This document shows positions 14,360 through 29,605 of a stretch of DNA of 64,000 nt, in pieces. The stretch lies in assembly GCF_009914755.1 (NCBI RefSeq), contig NC_060933.1; one strand, 5' to 3'. The stretch comes from the human T2T-CHM13v2.0 reference genome, Homo sapiens. Both the position numbers and the translations under genes were made by a program. The number at the start of each line of letters is the position of its first letter. The first letter of the stretch is position 1. Below the pieces are notes generated by a model. That model ran no database searches. It saw only the letters and a list, made by a program, of their open reading frames with translations, and had not been told where the DNA came from.

Positions 14360-14563
14360 CAGTCAACAATAATTTCTTGTACATTTAAAAACAAGAAAAA
14401 GGGTATAACCGAGATGTTTGCAACACAAAGATATGATAAATGCTTGAGGTGATGGATATCCCATTTACCCTGATATGACTATTACACACTGTATGCCTAT
14501 ATAAAAATATCTCCTGTACCCCATAAATATATACATCTACTATGTACCCATAAAAAAAAAAAA
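14360..14563 (+). mobile_element. L1 3' end fragment with poly-A
   Basis: gataaatgcttgaggtgatggatatcccatttaccctgat...tatgtacccataaaaaa. Confidence 0.85.
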
Positions 14564-14712
14564 GGAAATTGACGGTCAGACTTCAGGCAACTCTCTGGAT
14601 TGGGAACAAGTGGTAGAGTTGGGCTCTGAACCCATGGCTATCCAGCTCTAAAGCTCTTCTGTGGAGCATTGAGACCACGAGGACACCCCCTAAAGACAGA
14701 ATTCCCCAGGGC

Positions 14713-15018
14713 TTTTTTTTTTTTTTTAAGATGGAGTTTCGCTCTTATTGCCCAGGCAGTGGTGCAATCTCAACTCACTGCAGCCTCCGCCTCCCAGGTT
14801 CAAGCAATTCTCCTGCCTCAGTCTCCTGAATAGCTGGGATTACAGGCGCCCGCCTCCATGGCCAGCTAACTTTTTTTTTTTTTTTAAATATATTTTTAGT
14901 AGAGACAGGGTTTCGCCATGTTGGCCAGGCTGGTCTCGAACTCCTGACCTAAGGTGACCTGCCTGCCTTGGTCTCCCAAAATGCTGGGGATTACAGGCGT
15001 GAGCCACCACACCAGGCC
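14713..15018 (-). mobile_element. Alu, TSD-like agaa(t/g)tccccaggg
   Basis: Dimer, poly-T head, flanking direct repeat. Confidence 0.93.
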
Positions 15019-15208
15019 AGAAGTCCCCAGGGTCTTGAAACAAAGATATCACGACAATTAACAAGCCTTAACAAAACTATATGAGAGGTAAAAGGAAACA
15101 ATTATTTAATTTTCTGTATCTCTCAATATTTCCACTATTAAATATCAAAAGGGCAGTTACAAAGAGAATAGTCCTTATTCCTGGGAGGACAGACCAAGAG
15201 AGACTCAC

Positions 15209-15329
15209 CTGCCATTTCAGTCTCAAAGAAGCCAATGAGAGACTGCATGAAGGACAGGATCCACCGGTCTGTAATGTTGGGGCTTTCTCTAACCGTGTTC
15301 TCATTGTAGAGAAATTCTATTTCTTCCTC
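15209..15329 (-). CDS. IARS1: IARS1 exon 20 (EEEIEFLYNE...DRWILS...EMA), 121 nt
   Basis: tcctag|GAGGAA ... TGGCAG|gtgagt; cumulative 2137. Confidence 0.97.
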
Positions 15330-16839
15330 CTAGGAAGGAACAATTAATGAAACACTGGCACACTTGGGAAGAAAGTTACTATGAGGAAATAAACTTCTTA
15401 AATCACTTAAACAAAAACAAAAAGAAAAAATCCCAGACCCTACTGGCAATGTGAATTTCTGATTTTCAGCAATATTTTCAAGATAAGCACCAACGTGGCA
15501 CATTAAGTCCTCAATTAATTTATTATGTTTTTGAGTAAACTGAAGAGAGTTTAGGAAAACATTACTTCTCTGCACCAAAGAGTAATTATGAATTGAAAGA
15601 TATTCTAAAATCTTGTCAGAAAAGTGTAGGGTTTAGTTACTTTAAACCTCAGGAAGGAAGGACAGTAGAACTGTCTAGGATTGAATGATTGTCCACAAAC
15701 TGAAAATGAGTACTGGGAAATAATTTCCATGCTAAGGCTGTTCATTTTACCCAGAAAGTTCTATCCCACTCTTTTTGCTTTGCAAAATCCTCCTTGATCT
15801 TAAGTCCTTGCTCTACAAACAGAACTCATGTCCTGCTTTGTTTCTCTGGCAGCACCACAACCAGGCTAGCGGGGCAGTGATAATGTGACTCTTCCTCTGT
15901 GTTTAAGGCCCTGATCATGGAGTCTGTGTCTTGCTGGTATATTCAGATGGGCCCTGGCTGTGGGGAGCTTTGACCCCGCCTGTATTCCTGAGTCCCACAC
16001 CAGTGGAGACCTGCAGAGTGCACCTGCCCAAGGACTGTTTGCCCTACTTGGCAGAGAACCACATGCAGGACAGGTGGCAGGCTGCAGAGAGGAGGAATGC
16101 TGGGAGCCTGGGGAAGATGACTGCCCTTCTCAATTCCTGGGGAAAGGCTACTCTGAGAGCCTCAGGTGAACATGATGTGTCCTCATTAGCAGAACAACCA
16201 GAGCCCAAGGGGAGCAGAAGTAATTGACCTGCCTGCTGGAGTGGGATAACAAGAGTTCATTTTTCCAACCAGCTTTTTCATCTGCTCAAGCAGGAATAAT
16301 ATCTCATTTTCATTCAACAGTTATTTACTTACAAGCAATTTTACTTGTAAGGTGCTGGAGATCAGATGTGCAGTATCGGAACTCTGACCCCAAATCAGGT
16401 CTTGAAAGCCCATACAGGAACATGTTCAATGAAGGTGATGGACGCTGACAATGGTCAGTTGTGGGGCATGGAAGGTGGCTCTAGAGCAAGGGCTTCTCAG
16501 GTGAGAAAGTAACTCCTGGGCGTGGAGGTAACTGCCATTGAAGTACACTTCCACATACATCACAACTATTATATGTGACCCTAACAACCCACTGAAAACT
16601 CCATCGAGAACTGCTGTCACTCTCAGATTAGCCCAAATGCCACCCCACTGAGGGGCCTTCTCTGACCACCCATCTCAAGTGGCCAGCCCTAGCTTGCCTG
16701 TGACTCCGCCTTCACTGGGTGCTCTCTCTAAAAGTTGCTGACTCTTTACTGTATCTCCCAATTCCCACTCCATTGGTTCCATAAGGGGAGGGGTGTCTCA
16801 CTCAACATGGTGTTCCTGGTACCAAGAACTGGCTGACGA

Positions 16840-17135
16840 AGCTGGGTGCCGTGGCTCATGCCTGTAATCCCAGCACTTTTGGGAGGCCAAGAAGGGCGGA
16901 TCACCTGAGGTCTGGAGTTCAAGATCAGCCTGACCAACATGATGAAACCAAGTCTCCACTAAAAATATAAAACAATTAGCCAGGCATGGTGGTGGGTGCC
17001 TGTAATCCCAGCTACTGGGGAGGCTGAGGCAGTGCCTCAACCCAGGAGGCAGAGGTTACAGTGAGCCGAGATCGTGCTATTGCAATCCAGTCTGGGTGAC
17101 AAGACTGAGACTCCACCTCAAAAACAAAAACAACA
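16840..17135 (+). mobile_element. Alu
   Basis: Dimer with (CAA)-type tail. Confidence 0.93.
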
Positions 17136-17382
17136 ACTGGCGACTAAACAACTATATGACATAACTCTTTTGCAGGCTAGGGCCCATGGTCTTGGCATAG
17201 CCCGGACCCTAGATACCTTCCGCACCTGCATGTATGGCCTCCCCATGGCTCTAAGTTACCCCAGCATCAGGCAGCAGAGAACAGCAGCCCTAAAGTCTCA
17301 CACAGAGCTCCACCTCACAGCTTGGTGAAGGGAGCGCTGTGGAGACACGGCAGGTACATGTGCAGCCCCCTACAGCCCATAC

Positions 17383-17527
17383 CTTCTGGAGCCTCAGAAC
17401 GTTCTGGATTAAGAAGCGATAGGCATTGTACCATGGGAGCAGTACATCCTTAAGGACGTCCCGCACACCCTCTTCTTTAAAGCGGAGGTTTTCTGCTCTC
17501 ACCACAGGGGAGTTAATCAGATATAAT
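17383..17527 (-). CDS. IARS1: IARS1 exon 19 (LYLINSPVVRAENLRF...LRLQK), 145 nt
   Basis: ttccag|ATTATA ... CAGAAG|gtatgg; cumulative 2016. Confidence 0.97.
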
Positions 17528-18679
17528 CTGGAAGAGGGAGAAAAATTAGACAGAAAAGGTACTTAGACAGTAAACCAATTATTACTACTCGACATATTGA
17601 GAGAGCAAGATGAAAATCAGTCCTATTTTCTACAAAAGGGGGTAATTATGAATACTCTTTGAGTGGTCAATTTAAAACTCACAAAACTCACTCTCACTTT
17701 CTATAAGAGACTTAGCAAATTATAAAAGACGTATATAATCTGACACCAAAATATGGCACTGTATAGCACAGAAATGCATCTTATGCCACTCTCACTGCAG
17801 GACCAATGGGGTACACCAGCACTAAGAGAAAGGCTGGCCTGGTCCTCGTCAAGAGCCACTGTGTCCTTCCCACGGACACGACCTGCATCTGCTGCTTGCA
17901 GAGAGAGGGACTCACAAGGAAGAGCCTTCACAGAGCAGAGTCTTGACATCTGGTGGGCAGAGGTTAGGGATGCTGCTAAACATCCTACAAAGAACTACCA
18001 CCACAAAGAATTACACAGCCCAAATGGGCAGCAGTGCCAAGGGTGAGTCTAAGAGACAGTGGAGAATTGGGGGAGAGCCCCACTAATGGCTCCTGGTCAA
18101 CAGAGGTACTGTGTGAAGGTGCTGAGTCACAGGCCTGGGCACTGGTCTCATGCCTAGGACACAGGGATGCTGAACAAGATCTCTAGGTCCCTTTCAACTT
18201 GAACACTGTGTGGTTTCATGATTACAGCTACCTCAAGCAGTGGCTCAAATTTCTCCAAAAGCTTTTCAATATGAGTTTTTTTATCACCTCTAGCATAGAT
18301 ATATCTCACATGGCTCTGTAAGTACAAAATTAAAACAAATGATGAAAGAGAATTCTAATACCAACAAGACAGGGAACCTAGAAAGGAAGTAAGGCAGAGG
18401 CAATCAGCATCTAGCCTGGGGAGGACTTGGACAGCTCAACAACACCCAACACAGGTCCTCTTCCTCAAACAGACCTCTAGGTTTAAAAATGCCTTTATTA
18501 TTTAGAAAACTATTTTGGGGGTTTAAAATCAACAACCATACCAACATAACATCCAAATAACAGAGATATGTTGCTAAAAACCTAACTATAAACCAAATCT
18601 AAGAATACTGATTAATAGTATAGGAGATGCTTACATAAAAAAACAATAGATACACACAAGGCAAAGCACTGGTTTGTAC

Positions 18680-18763
18680 CTGAGGGCATCAGCACCATAC
18701 TTCTGGATGATGGAAACTGGATCTGGATAATTCTTTTTCCGTTTGCTCATTTTTTGGCCATCA
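18680..18763 (-). CDS. IARS1: IARS1 exon 18 ([15 protein letters not shown]...YGADAL; KMSKS-type motif), 84 nt
   Basis: tacaag|TGATGG ... CCTCAG|gtacaa; cumulative 1871. Confidence 0.97.
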
Positions 18764-18902
18764 CTTGTAAAACAAAAGGGAGATGCCAATTAAGTAAGTC
18801 AATATCACAGATGATCTTGTTTTAAGGATACAAATCATTTGCAAACAGGAATATACAAAATGAAATGGGAAGGAGTAACTTAGATAGAAGTTAGTGCTAA
18901 TA

Positions 18903-19308
<406 letters not shown>

Positions 19309-19309
19309 T

Positions 19310-20578
<1,269 letters not shown>

Positions 20579-20627
20579 CTCAATAAAATTTTCAATTAAA
20601 AAAAAAAAAAAAGTAGTACACATACTA

Positions 20628-20835
20628 CAGAGGCAGACTGCCTGGGTTCAAAATTTGCATTTACCACTCATTTGCTGTGTGTCCTTTGGCAAGTCACTTT
20701 TTCCTGTCCCTCAGATTCCTCAAAGGTCACAAAGGGATTATAGGACCCATCTCAAATGGTTCTGGGGATTAAATGAGTTAAAATGTGAAAATGCACACAG
20801 TGGGGCCTGGCAAAAAATAAGGATGCACAAAATGT
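20628..20835 (+). mobile_element. MIR
   Basis: cagactgcctgggttcaaaat...ggcaagtcactt...cctcag...gattaaatgagttaa core. Confidence 0.75.
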
Positions 20836-21356
20836 TAGGTGACATCCTCTTCCTCCTCACACAGCATATAAAGTAGGATTTCTGTGTGGGTACTCAGCAC
20901 AAATTCTATTTTAAAATATTTCATTTTAAAATTTTCATTTATGTTTATTTTTATTCTTAATGACTAGAGGTAATAAAGTAAAGGAAAAATGAGACTTCCT
21001 TATAATAGCAAAATGTGGGAAATAATGCCCATTGGGAGGAAGTTTCAGATGAGGGGAAGAATGGGATCTGGTGGCAGAGTACCTCGGTCAAGCCCAGTGT
21101 GGCTGTCACTAGCTTTGATCCTGGGCACCTGTGGTCTCTAGAACCCACAGCTTCCTCGTGTGTTAAAAAAAGGACAACAAAATCTACATGAAAGGACTGA
21201 TGTACAGATTAAATAAGATCTATAAGCAAAAGTATTTCATAAAGTGCTAAGTTTAGTAAATGCTATTTTATTACTAGTAATATCACTAGTAGCATTATGT
21301 TACTAGCAGTAGCACAATCTGAAAGTCCTCCCCTTCCTCCTCCTCCATCAGGCTTA

Positions 21357-21494
21357 GCTGTCACACACTCCTTCTTGAGAAACAGTGGAGACAAAGCTCC
21401 ACCTGTCACTACAACAAAGTTGACCGCTCTCACGCACTCCTTCTTAAGAAACAGTGGAGACAAAGTTCCACCCGTCACTACAACAAAGTTGACC
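21357..21494. repeat. 69-bp tandem duplication (2 copies, 5 mismatches)
   Basis: Copy 1 21357-21425, copy 2 21426-21494. Confidence 0.95.
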
Positions 21495-21497
21495 TAC

Positions 21498-21584
21498 CTT
21501 GCCAGGACAAGCCCATTCACAATTACGTTCTTGAAAGGCGGTTGTCCAAAGAGGGCCGTGGCCAGCACCAGCAGGGTATAAAAC
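21498..21584 (-). CDS. IARS1: IARS1 exon 17 (FYTLLVLATALFGQPPFKNVIVNGLVLA), 87 nt
   Basis: tttcag|GTTTTA ... GGCAAG|gtaggt; cumulative 1787. Confidence 0.97.
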
Positions 21585-22574
21585 CTGAAAAAAAACCCCA
21601 AACAGTTCAATAAAAATAGAAATGAAGTCCAAGCATAAGAAAGAAACTGTATTTATTCATTGAATTTCTATTTTTGATAAGTCACACTTCTTGAGAATCA
21701 CTTAAAGCAATGATTCTTAATCCTGGTTACTGGAGACCAATCAAATTACTGTCTAAGATTTGAAAGAAGCATTGAAATAAACGTCTGGAATGATTTACTG
21801 ACCATTTCTCTGTTACCAGAGCTCCCAGGAAGTCTGTGTGGAGAGCCACATGGCAGCACTGGGTGGCCTCTCAGGACCACCCAGAAGCACCTAGCTGAAG
21901 ATGAAGGATGGGTTTTGAATTTGGCACAAGATCATATGGAAAAGACAATTTGATGACAAAAGATGCAAAATGCACTCTCACCCAAAAGTGATAAGGCAGA
22001 CTAGAAAATGCTTTTATTCTGTAAAATGTTATGTACCTCATTTATGTGCTACCTAGCTTGTTTCCCAAATGAACTCATATCCCTGACCACTGTCCTGGGG
22101 GTGATGCTTTCCTGCCTCTCTTACCTAGTCCTGCACTCTGAGAACATCAAGGGACATGAGCTGAGGAGACCAGACCCCATAGTTAACATAAACACTGATC
22201 CAGATATCCCTCCCACTTCTAAAGGAGAGTTGGGAGGAGCCCTGGTGCCCAGGAGAGGTAGCCCAGGCCTCAGGAATGGAGAAGGAGGCAGGCACCAAGG
22301 ACACGGGATCCACATGAGGACTGTTACCAGCTAACAGACTTTGCTACTCCTCAAAGGAACAAGCTCATTGGTAAGGCATCTACCCCTTTCTAAAAACAGA
22401 ATTTGTGCTGGGTAGCTGTTCCTATAGACAAAAAGGACTGGAATCTGAAGACAGCACATTCCAGAACATGAAGACTTGAATTCAATGATTACCCAAAGCT
22501 GTCAAAGAGAGAAAATGACACCAACAATTCCTTTAACACACCCCTGCAGAAACATTACTGTGAATGTATAATTA

Positions 22575-22881
<307 letters not shown>

Positions 22882-23457
22882 GTAAATAAAGCCTGGGCCA
22901 GCAAAGCCAATCCATGGAAAGAAAGTAATTCACCTTCTTCCAATTAAGGAACTGTTTTACATAAGGCACCAGATAAAAATCAATGCCCAAATCCTCTCTC
23001 ATATGTATATTTTTTAAAAATCTGGATTTTTTTAGAATGTTGATTTATAAGGCTAGCCTCAATATCTGAGCACATTACCAACTATCCCTCAAATTTCTAG
23101 CACCCAAACTACTGTCTTTTATGCAAATACTCAAACATTTGAGTAAATGATCTGACGTAAGCTAAGAACACATAACTTTTTTTATCATTTTAACATCCAG
23201 TGTAACACATATATTCCAAAATGCCAGTGAGATCATTGAAATTGTAAAACTACAGCCCTATTGTAGTGGGAGAGTCCTACTCAAAAGGCACTTTAATGTC
23301 CGTGCTTGGTGGTGGAGGGGAGAGGGCAGGAATGTAGCCTGTCTTATTTGCCACAATCTCTCCATCACCCAGTAGATAAATGGCAGTGACTTAGTAAAAT
23401 ACTCCCTAAATAAAATAAAATCAATAAAACACGTGATGAAAGAACAAGGAGGCATAC

Positions 23458-23652
23458 CATCCTCTGGTTTGGTCGATGCCCTCGGCAATGAAATCTGCAG
23501 GAAAAGCATCCTCAAACTCCCTCTTGTTTTCAAACGGGTAATGAACCTGAGCATAGGGCATGCTGCCACTCTCAAACCAACAGTCAAACACTTCAGAGAT
23601 GCGGTGCAAGGATCCCTTCCCACAGCGTGAAGGAATGGTCAGGTGGTCAACA
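23458..23652 (-). CDS. IARS1: IARS1 exon 16 ([10 protein letters not shown]...[11 protein letters not shown]...EGIDQTRG), 195 nt
   Basis: tgttag|TGTTGA ... AGGATG|gtatgc; cumulative 1700. Confidence 0.97.
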
Positions 23653-24008
23653 CTAACAAACAGAAAAGTAGTCATTTCTATTAACTGTAAGCATAACAGA
23701 ACTTGCAGTTTAATTGCTAATAGGAAACACAAAACCCTGACAAGATATTATACACATTTGCAAACAGAAATATCAGCAATTCTCAAAGGCTTTCAGAGAG
23801 CACCATGAATCCTCCATCTGAAAGGTTATGCACCATTCACCTCACATTTCACAAGGACAGAGGCCACAATACTGCAATATGACATGAGTCATCAGCAAAG
23901 TAATTCAGCAAGCTAGTCACTTCCATGTGTGGCTCTGTAATCTGCTAGAGACCAGGTCTTAATAGGAGAATCGTAAAACTGAAGTGAATCGAACATTTAG
24001 AAACTGAC

Positions 24009-24082
24009 CTCTCTCTGTGGAGATCTGAGATCTTTGCTCCTGACAGTTCTTCAAGTTCCGCCACTGACCCAATGCATACCAC
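24009..24082 (-). CDS. IARS1: IARS1 exon 15 (VVCIGSVAELEELSGAKISDLHRE), 74 nt
   Basis: tgacag|GTGGTA ... AGAGAG|gtcagt; cumulative 1505. Confidence 0.96.
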
Positions 24083-24182
24083 CTGTCAAAAACAAAGTTC
24101 AATAGCAGGAGCTCCTTAGAGCCAAACAGAGCATACTGAGTTAATTTATATAGCATGCATGTTTACTTTGAGAGACTGATGA

Positions 24183-24483
24183 TTTTCTTTTTCCTTTTTT
24201 TTTGAGATAGGGTCTCACTACCATTGCCCAGGCTGGAGTGCAGTGGCACAATCACAGCTCACTGCAGCCTCAGCTTCCTGGGCTCAGGTGATCCTCTCAC
24301 CTAAGCCTCCCAAGTACCTGGGGCTACAGGCAGGCACCACCTCACCCAGCTAATTTTTTGTATTTTTAGTAAAGACAGGGTTTCGCCATGCTGCCCAGGC
24401 TGGTCTCAAACTCTTGGACTCGAGCTATCAGCCACCCTCAGCCTCCCAAAGTGCTGCGATTACAGGCGTGAGCCACCCAGCCT
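24183..24483 (-). mobile_element. Alu (AluJ-like), TSD gagactgatgattt
   Basis: Antisense dimer with flanking direct repeat. Confidence 0.93.
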
Positions 24484-24843
24484 GAGACTGATGATTTAAA
24501 GGCACATTAACACACCAATCTGGGCCGAAGGATAGTATTTGCTAATGTGGCTTCTCTCTCATGAAAGACACAGCCTACTCTTAGTCTCTGAAGAGGCCAG
24601 GGTTGCCACTGCTCCTCTGTTTCCACCCCAGTATCAGAGGGAGTCCCTACCTAGAGAGAATCTTAAACATTCATAGCCATACTCTCAATGGATATTAAGG
24701 GTTTATTATGTGCAAATTGTCAAAGTAACTGGCATAAGTGAAACATCTTAGATTATTTCTCTAAGGCATTTTAGTTTCCTCCTGGCACCTGAATCTGGCT
24801 CATTAATCTAGAATCTTCCCAAGAAAAAGCTAGAGCTAAATTA

Positions 24844-25610
24844 TAGTCATACAGTGCTTAATGGTGGGAATACATTCTGAGAAATGCATTGTTAGGGTGA
24901 TTTCCTTAGGCAAACATCACAGACCTAGATGGGATGGCCTAAAACACAGCTAGGCTATATGGTGGAGCCTATTACTTCTAAGCTACAAACCTGTACAGCA
25001 TGTGGCTGTACTGAATTCTGCAGGCAACTGTAACACAATGGTAAATGCTCTAGTTTTCATATGGTTTGTCCCCAGCAAATCTCAAGTTGAAATTTAATCC
25101 CCAGTGTGGCAGTATTGACAGATGGAGCCCGATGGGAGGCATCTGGGTCACAGGGTGGATCCCTCGTGAAGAGACCAATGCTCTCCTTCTGCAGTGAGTT
25201 AGTTCTCTCTCTATTAGCTCCTGTGAGAGCTGACTGTTGAAAAGAGCCTGCCCCCACCCCACCGCCCGTTTCTTCTCTTGCCATGTGATTTCTGCATACT
25301 CTGGCTCCTGTCCAGCCTTCCATCATAAGTGGATGTAGCCTGAGGTCCTCCCCACATGCAGATGTCTAGTCTTCAACTTTCCAGTCATGCAGAATCATAA
25401 GCCAAATAAACTACTTTTCTTTATAAATTATCCAGCCTCAGGTATTCCTTTGTAGCTACACTAAACAGACTAAAACAGGAAGTATTTGAGTTTCTAAACA
25501 TTACAAAACACAGAAAAGGCACAGTAACCATATGGTATCATAATCTTGTGGGACCACTGTCGTATATGCGGTCTGTCATTGACTGAATGACATTATGTGG
25601 TGCATGACTA
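24844..25610. mobile_element. Tigger3-type DNA transposon (TA-flanked, tagtcat..atgacta ends) interrupted by an MST-type MaLR LTR at 25046-25477
   Basis: Terminal inverted ends, TA TSD; the inner element has TG..CA ends and MST motifs gggtggatccctc and aaataaactacttttctttataaattatccagcctcaggtattc. Confidence 0.8.
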
Positions 25611-26009
25611 TATTATGCTTGGACCCGATTAAAGCAATCAGACAAAGCCACAGGATGCTAGGATTATATCCAGGTAAAGAGCTGAGAGATGGGGCTAGCT
25701 GGGGCACTCAGAATGGAGGGATCATCTGACAAGGGCCACACCAGTAGGAACTGCTGTGCGTTCTCACCCAGGGAGCTTCTGATCCTAGTGAACACTGGTG
25801 GCCTCTTTCTCTGCCCTTCCTGTTCAGTCCTGAAAAGTCTTCTGATTCAGCTACTTCACTGTTGCCTTTCAGGTCCCTATGGGAGATTCACCAAGGTCCC
25901 CAGGGTGCTGCCGCTCATCACTGCAACAATGCTGTCAGCTTTGGACAGAAGGCCAAACACACAGATCTATCTGTATAGTAAGTCCTCGCCTGATGTCATT
26001 GAGAGGTCC

Positions 26010-26187
26010 CAGTAGCTGGAACTAAGTGGCGTGCACCACCATGCCTGTCTAATTTAACAAACATTTTTGTAGAGATGGAACCTCATTATGTTGCCTAGGC
26101 TGGTCTCAAATATCTGGTCTCAAGCGATCCTCCTGCCTTGGCCTCCCTAAGTGCTGCGATTACATGTGGGAGCCATCACACCCGGCC
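26010..26187 (-). mobile_element. Alu fragment (mostly left arm)
   Basis: agtagctgg...ctcaagcgatcctcctgccttggcctccc...cacacccggcc. Confidence 0.88.
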
Positions 26188-26702
26188 TAAAGTCAGTTAT
26201 CAAGAACCTCTGTATGACATTAAGTGAGGACATAGTATATCCACATACATCTATATATCTACACACATCCTCTTATTCATTTGATTTTAGAAGTTAAAGG
26301 TCTGTAATGCTTTGGTAAATTTCTTTTCAAGTTTTCTTTTTTCATCATCTATAAAGTCAGTTTAACCATAAGCTAATAGTATACCTTAATGTAGGGGGAA
26401 GAAAAGACATCGGGGAAACACACAAAAAAAACATTTAAAGTGTGTATTTCCCTGAGAAAACTGTATCCTTTTATTTTTACAGAGGAAAGTTTTATAAATT
26501 GTATTTAATTCAAGGAAAAAAAGTTAAAAACCCCAGAAACAGATTATCTTATGTCATGATTCTAGAAAGGAATAAAGAGGAAAAAAGATGAAATAAGAAA
26601 GGGGCAAAGAAAAAAACACCCTATTCTTTTAAACCACATTCAGATTTCATGAACAAAATGCTTTAGCAAAAATCAACACAAGGAAATACTGCCATGCCTC
26701 AC

Positions 26703-26829
26703 CTCCTCAAAGTCATCGCTGACCCACAGTGGGATGGGGGTGCCCCAGTATCTGTTTCTGGAAATTGTCCAGTCACGTGCATCTTTCAGCCAATTTCCAA
26801 ATCGTTTTTCTCGTACCAACTCTGGGACC
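26703..26829 (-). CDS. IARS1: IARS1 exon 14 ([10 protein letters not shown]...[24 protein letters not shown]), 127 nt
   Basis: ttgcag|GGTCCC ... GAGGAG|gtgagg; cumulative 1431. Confidence 0.97.
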
Positions 26830-27336
26830 CTGCAATAAACAGATCACATAACCAATCACATAAAAATATGGAAAAATTCAACATGTAAATAATACCCACA
26901 GGAGCCTTTGTATAACGCTTTGTGGACCAAACACTCTGGAAACGTGGCGCTCACTGCAAAGAGAATGTCTTCTAAATGGACAGCATAGCACACACAACAG
27001 TTTGTGCTGCCATCAATGACCTACATCCAATAGATTACCCCACAGCACACAGGCCTCCCATGTCCTCCTCTTCAACTGGAGTACAGCTGCCACATACCTC
27101 TAACCAGTCACCTTAGCTTTAGCCAGCCTCATCCCATACAACTCTAGTCTTCACATTATCCTCACCATAGCAGTTTTTCTGAACTCATTAAGCAAAGGCC
27201 AACAGGCCAGGGGATTGGTAGCTGCTCTAGCAGCCCTCTCTATAGTCACCTCTCTGGTCATCCTTGGTCTTGAATTTCAGGCTCTGGCAATGAGGCAAGT
27301 TCCCTAGAATCCTTCTCACTTAACTGGCTTTGCCCA

Positions 27337-27381
27337 TGCCTGCCCTCTGACACGCAGCCTGCCTGCCCTCTGACACGCAGC
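27337..27381. repeat. 23-bp-period tandem duplication tgcctgccctctgacacgcagc x2
   Basis: Perfect 22-nt copies at 27337 and 27360. Confidence 0.9.
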
Positions 27382-28413
27382 TTCCCTCCCTTCTGCATCC
27401 ATCCTCTTGCATCCCTCCCACTCCCAGTACTCTTTATTCCTTGAGGTTCAGCTTTGCAGAAATCCTTTTCAAGCACAAGGCTGAGTCAGGGTAGGCTACC
27501 AGACCTCCCCTTCTTCTCTTGGGCACTGCAGTTACTGCCCTGTACTTCAAAGATCAGTTTATATGCCTGCACCCCCTCGAGGCTATCTTACTAATATTCT
27601 ATATCTAGTATCTTACACATTAGGGGAACTAATTAGCTTACTAGCTCTAAAAATGAAAAGCTGTCTTTTGAGAAATCAGGACCACTCTGCTAAGAAATAT
27701 TAGAAAGCTACAGTTTATAACTATTTCCTTTGCTGCCCTGAGATTCTCCCCATTCTCCTAAACTCAGATACAGTTTTCTAGAGTCTAGTTGGGTCCTTGT
27801 GAGAAGTTAAGAGTGGTGATTACTTTTCAAACTTGTAGTGAAAAACATTCATCTGAAATACACAGGTTCAAGCCTTGTTTCATTTTGTACCCAGAGGCTG
27901 AAATGATACTTCTTGGGCTATCACCTGCAGGACACATATCAGCTATGGAAAGCAAAGGCTTCTGTGCTTGGAGCTTATCCATACAGCCAAGCACAGGGTA
28001 CATCATCCACTGCAGGACCAACAAGAGTAAGTACAAATGGCTTTTGCAGGTATATCTGAAAATAATGTTTACTCTGAAAATGACTATTATTGAAGGCTAG
28101 CAAACTCTGGCAGTACAGCCATATTTTTCCAAGGTCATTTCATTCCCTAAATCGAATAAATGGTGGTTTATCATTTCCAATGAGTTTAAAAAGAAAAATA
28201 CTCCCTTACATACTTTATCACAAGAAGGATGTTACTTCTGTTCTGTAACATTATTTGAATTATTTTGTGCTCCTAAACACACAGAAGAAAAGATAGCTAT
28301 TACAATACCCAATAAAAGATGGGTTATTAAAATTATAACTTGGGGGAAGTGTAAACCATACTTACTAACCACATGACAAAAGACACTATGAAGAAACACA
28401 TCTTACTGCTCAC

Positions 28414-28512
28414 CAGTAGCACAGGTCATTGTTCCTTAGGAGCTGGTCCACCATGTTCTCCACTCGCACAAACCAGCTGGGCACTGCTTTGTAAATTAGA
28501 GGAGTGTCTGAT
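28414..28512 (-). CDS. IARS1: IARS1 exon 13 (SDTPLIYKAVPSWFVRVENMVDQLLRNNDLCY), 99 nt
   Basis: ccccag|ATCAGA ... CTACTG|gtgagc; cumulative 1304. Confidence 0.97.
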
Positions 28513-29040
28513 CTGGGGAAGCAGAAACACACACATAGCTGCTCAGGCTGAGACTAGTAGGCACTACGGTAAGACTGACTTTTCATGTCTTATTGACAGC
28601 ATCATCACTTACTTGGCCTTCTGCTAATATTCATTTTTATTATAGATAAAAACATCTAAGACTTCAAAATTGGTCATATCTTTCCACAATAGTAAGAAAG
28701 GCAAAAACTAATACAAGAACAAGAGTAGAAAAAAATAGTTCTGCTAGTGACAATTATCTAAGAAACAATGTCAACTTCAACTTCAACACAGAAGAGGCAA
28801 TGTGGAAACCAAACACGATGCAACTGAACATTTCATTTTCACCCATACTTTTACAGCATGGTCTTATATTAAAGGTTAAAATCATATTAAATTTTTCAAT
28901 AAACTCTATTACAAAATTTTAGAGATGCTTCTCATCCTAAAAAAAATGTGGCCACAATACAAAACAGATTTGTACAGGTCTATTTTTCTCTCACAGTTCC
29001 TTAGGAAAGCAACATTTTTAGCCATTCATAAAACTCTCCT

Positions 29041-29352
<312 letters not shown>

Positions 29353-29513
29353 ACCCAACTCTCCTAAAAATGAAGTAAGAAGGTGGCTTCCCAAACCAAC
29401 TCTAAAGGATACAAGTGAGATGAACACCACAAATAAGATGGAATGGGCACATATAGTAAGTGTAAGCACAGACTGGAAGCTCTAGCTACAACACAGTCTT
29501 TGTTTCTTCTGAC

Positions 29514-29605
29514 CTCCAGCAAAAAGGGTAGCTGTGAGTGAAGGTGGTGGCAACCAGAAGTCGGCCTTGTTCCTTCAAAGTCCTGATGATACTTTTGTCA
29601 GCATC
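29514..29605 (-). CDS. IARS1: IARS1 exon 12 ([30 protein letters not shown]), 92 nt
   Basis: taatag|GATGCT ... CTGGAG|gtcaga; cumulative 1205. Confidence 0.97.

Noticed and set aside
21263-21581. ORFs with an internal 23-aa repeat (FLRNSGDK..VTTTKLT / LSPLFLKKECV)
   Set aside because: Artefact of the 69-bp duplication; no real start or splice support, and in-frame read-through from exon 17 stops immediately
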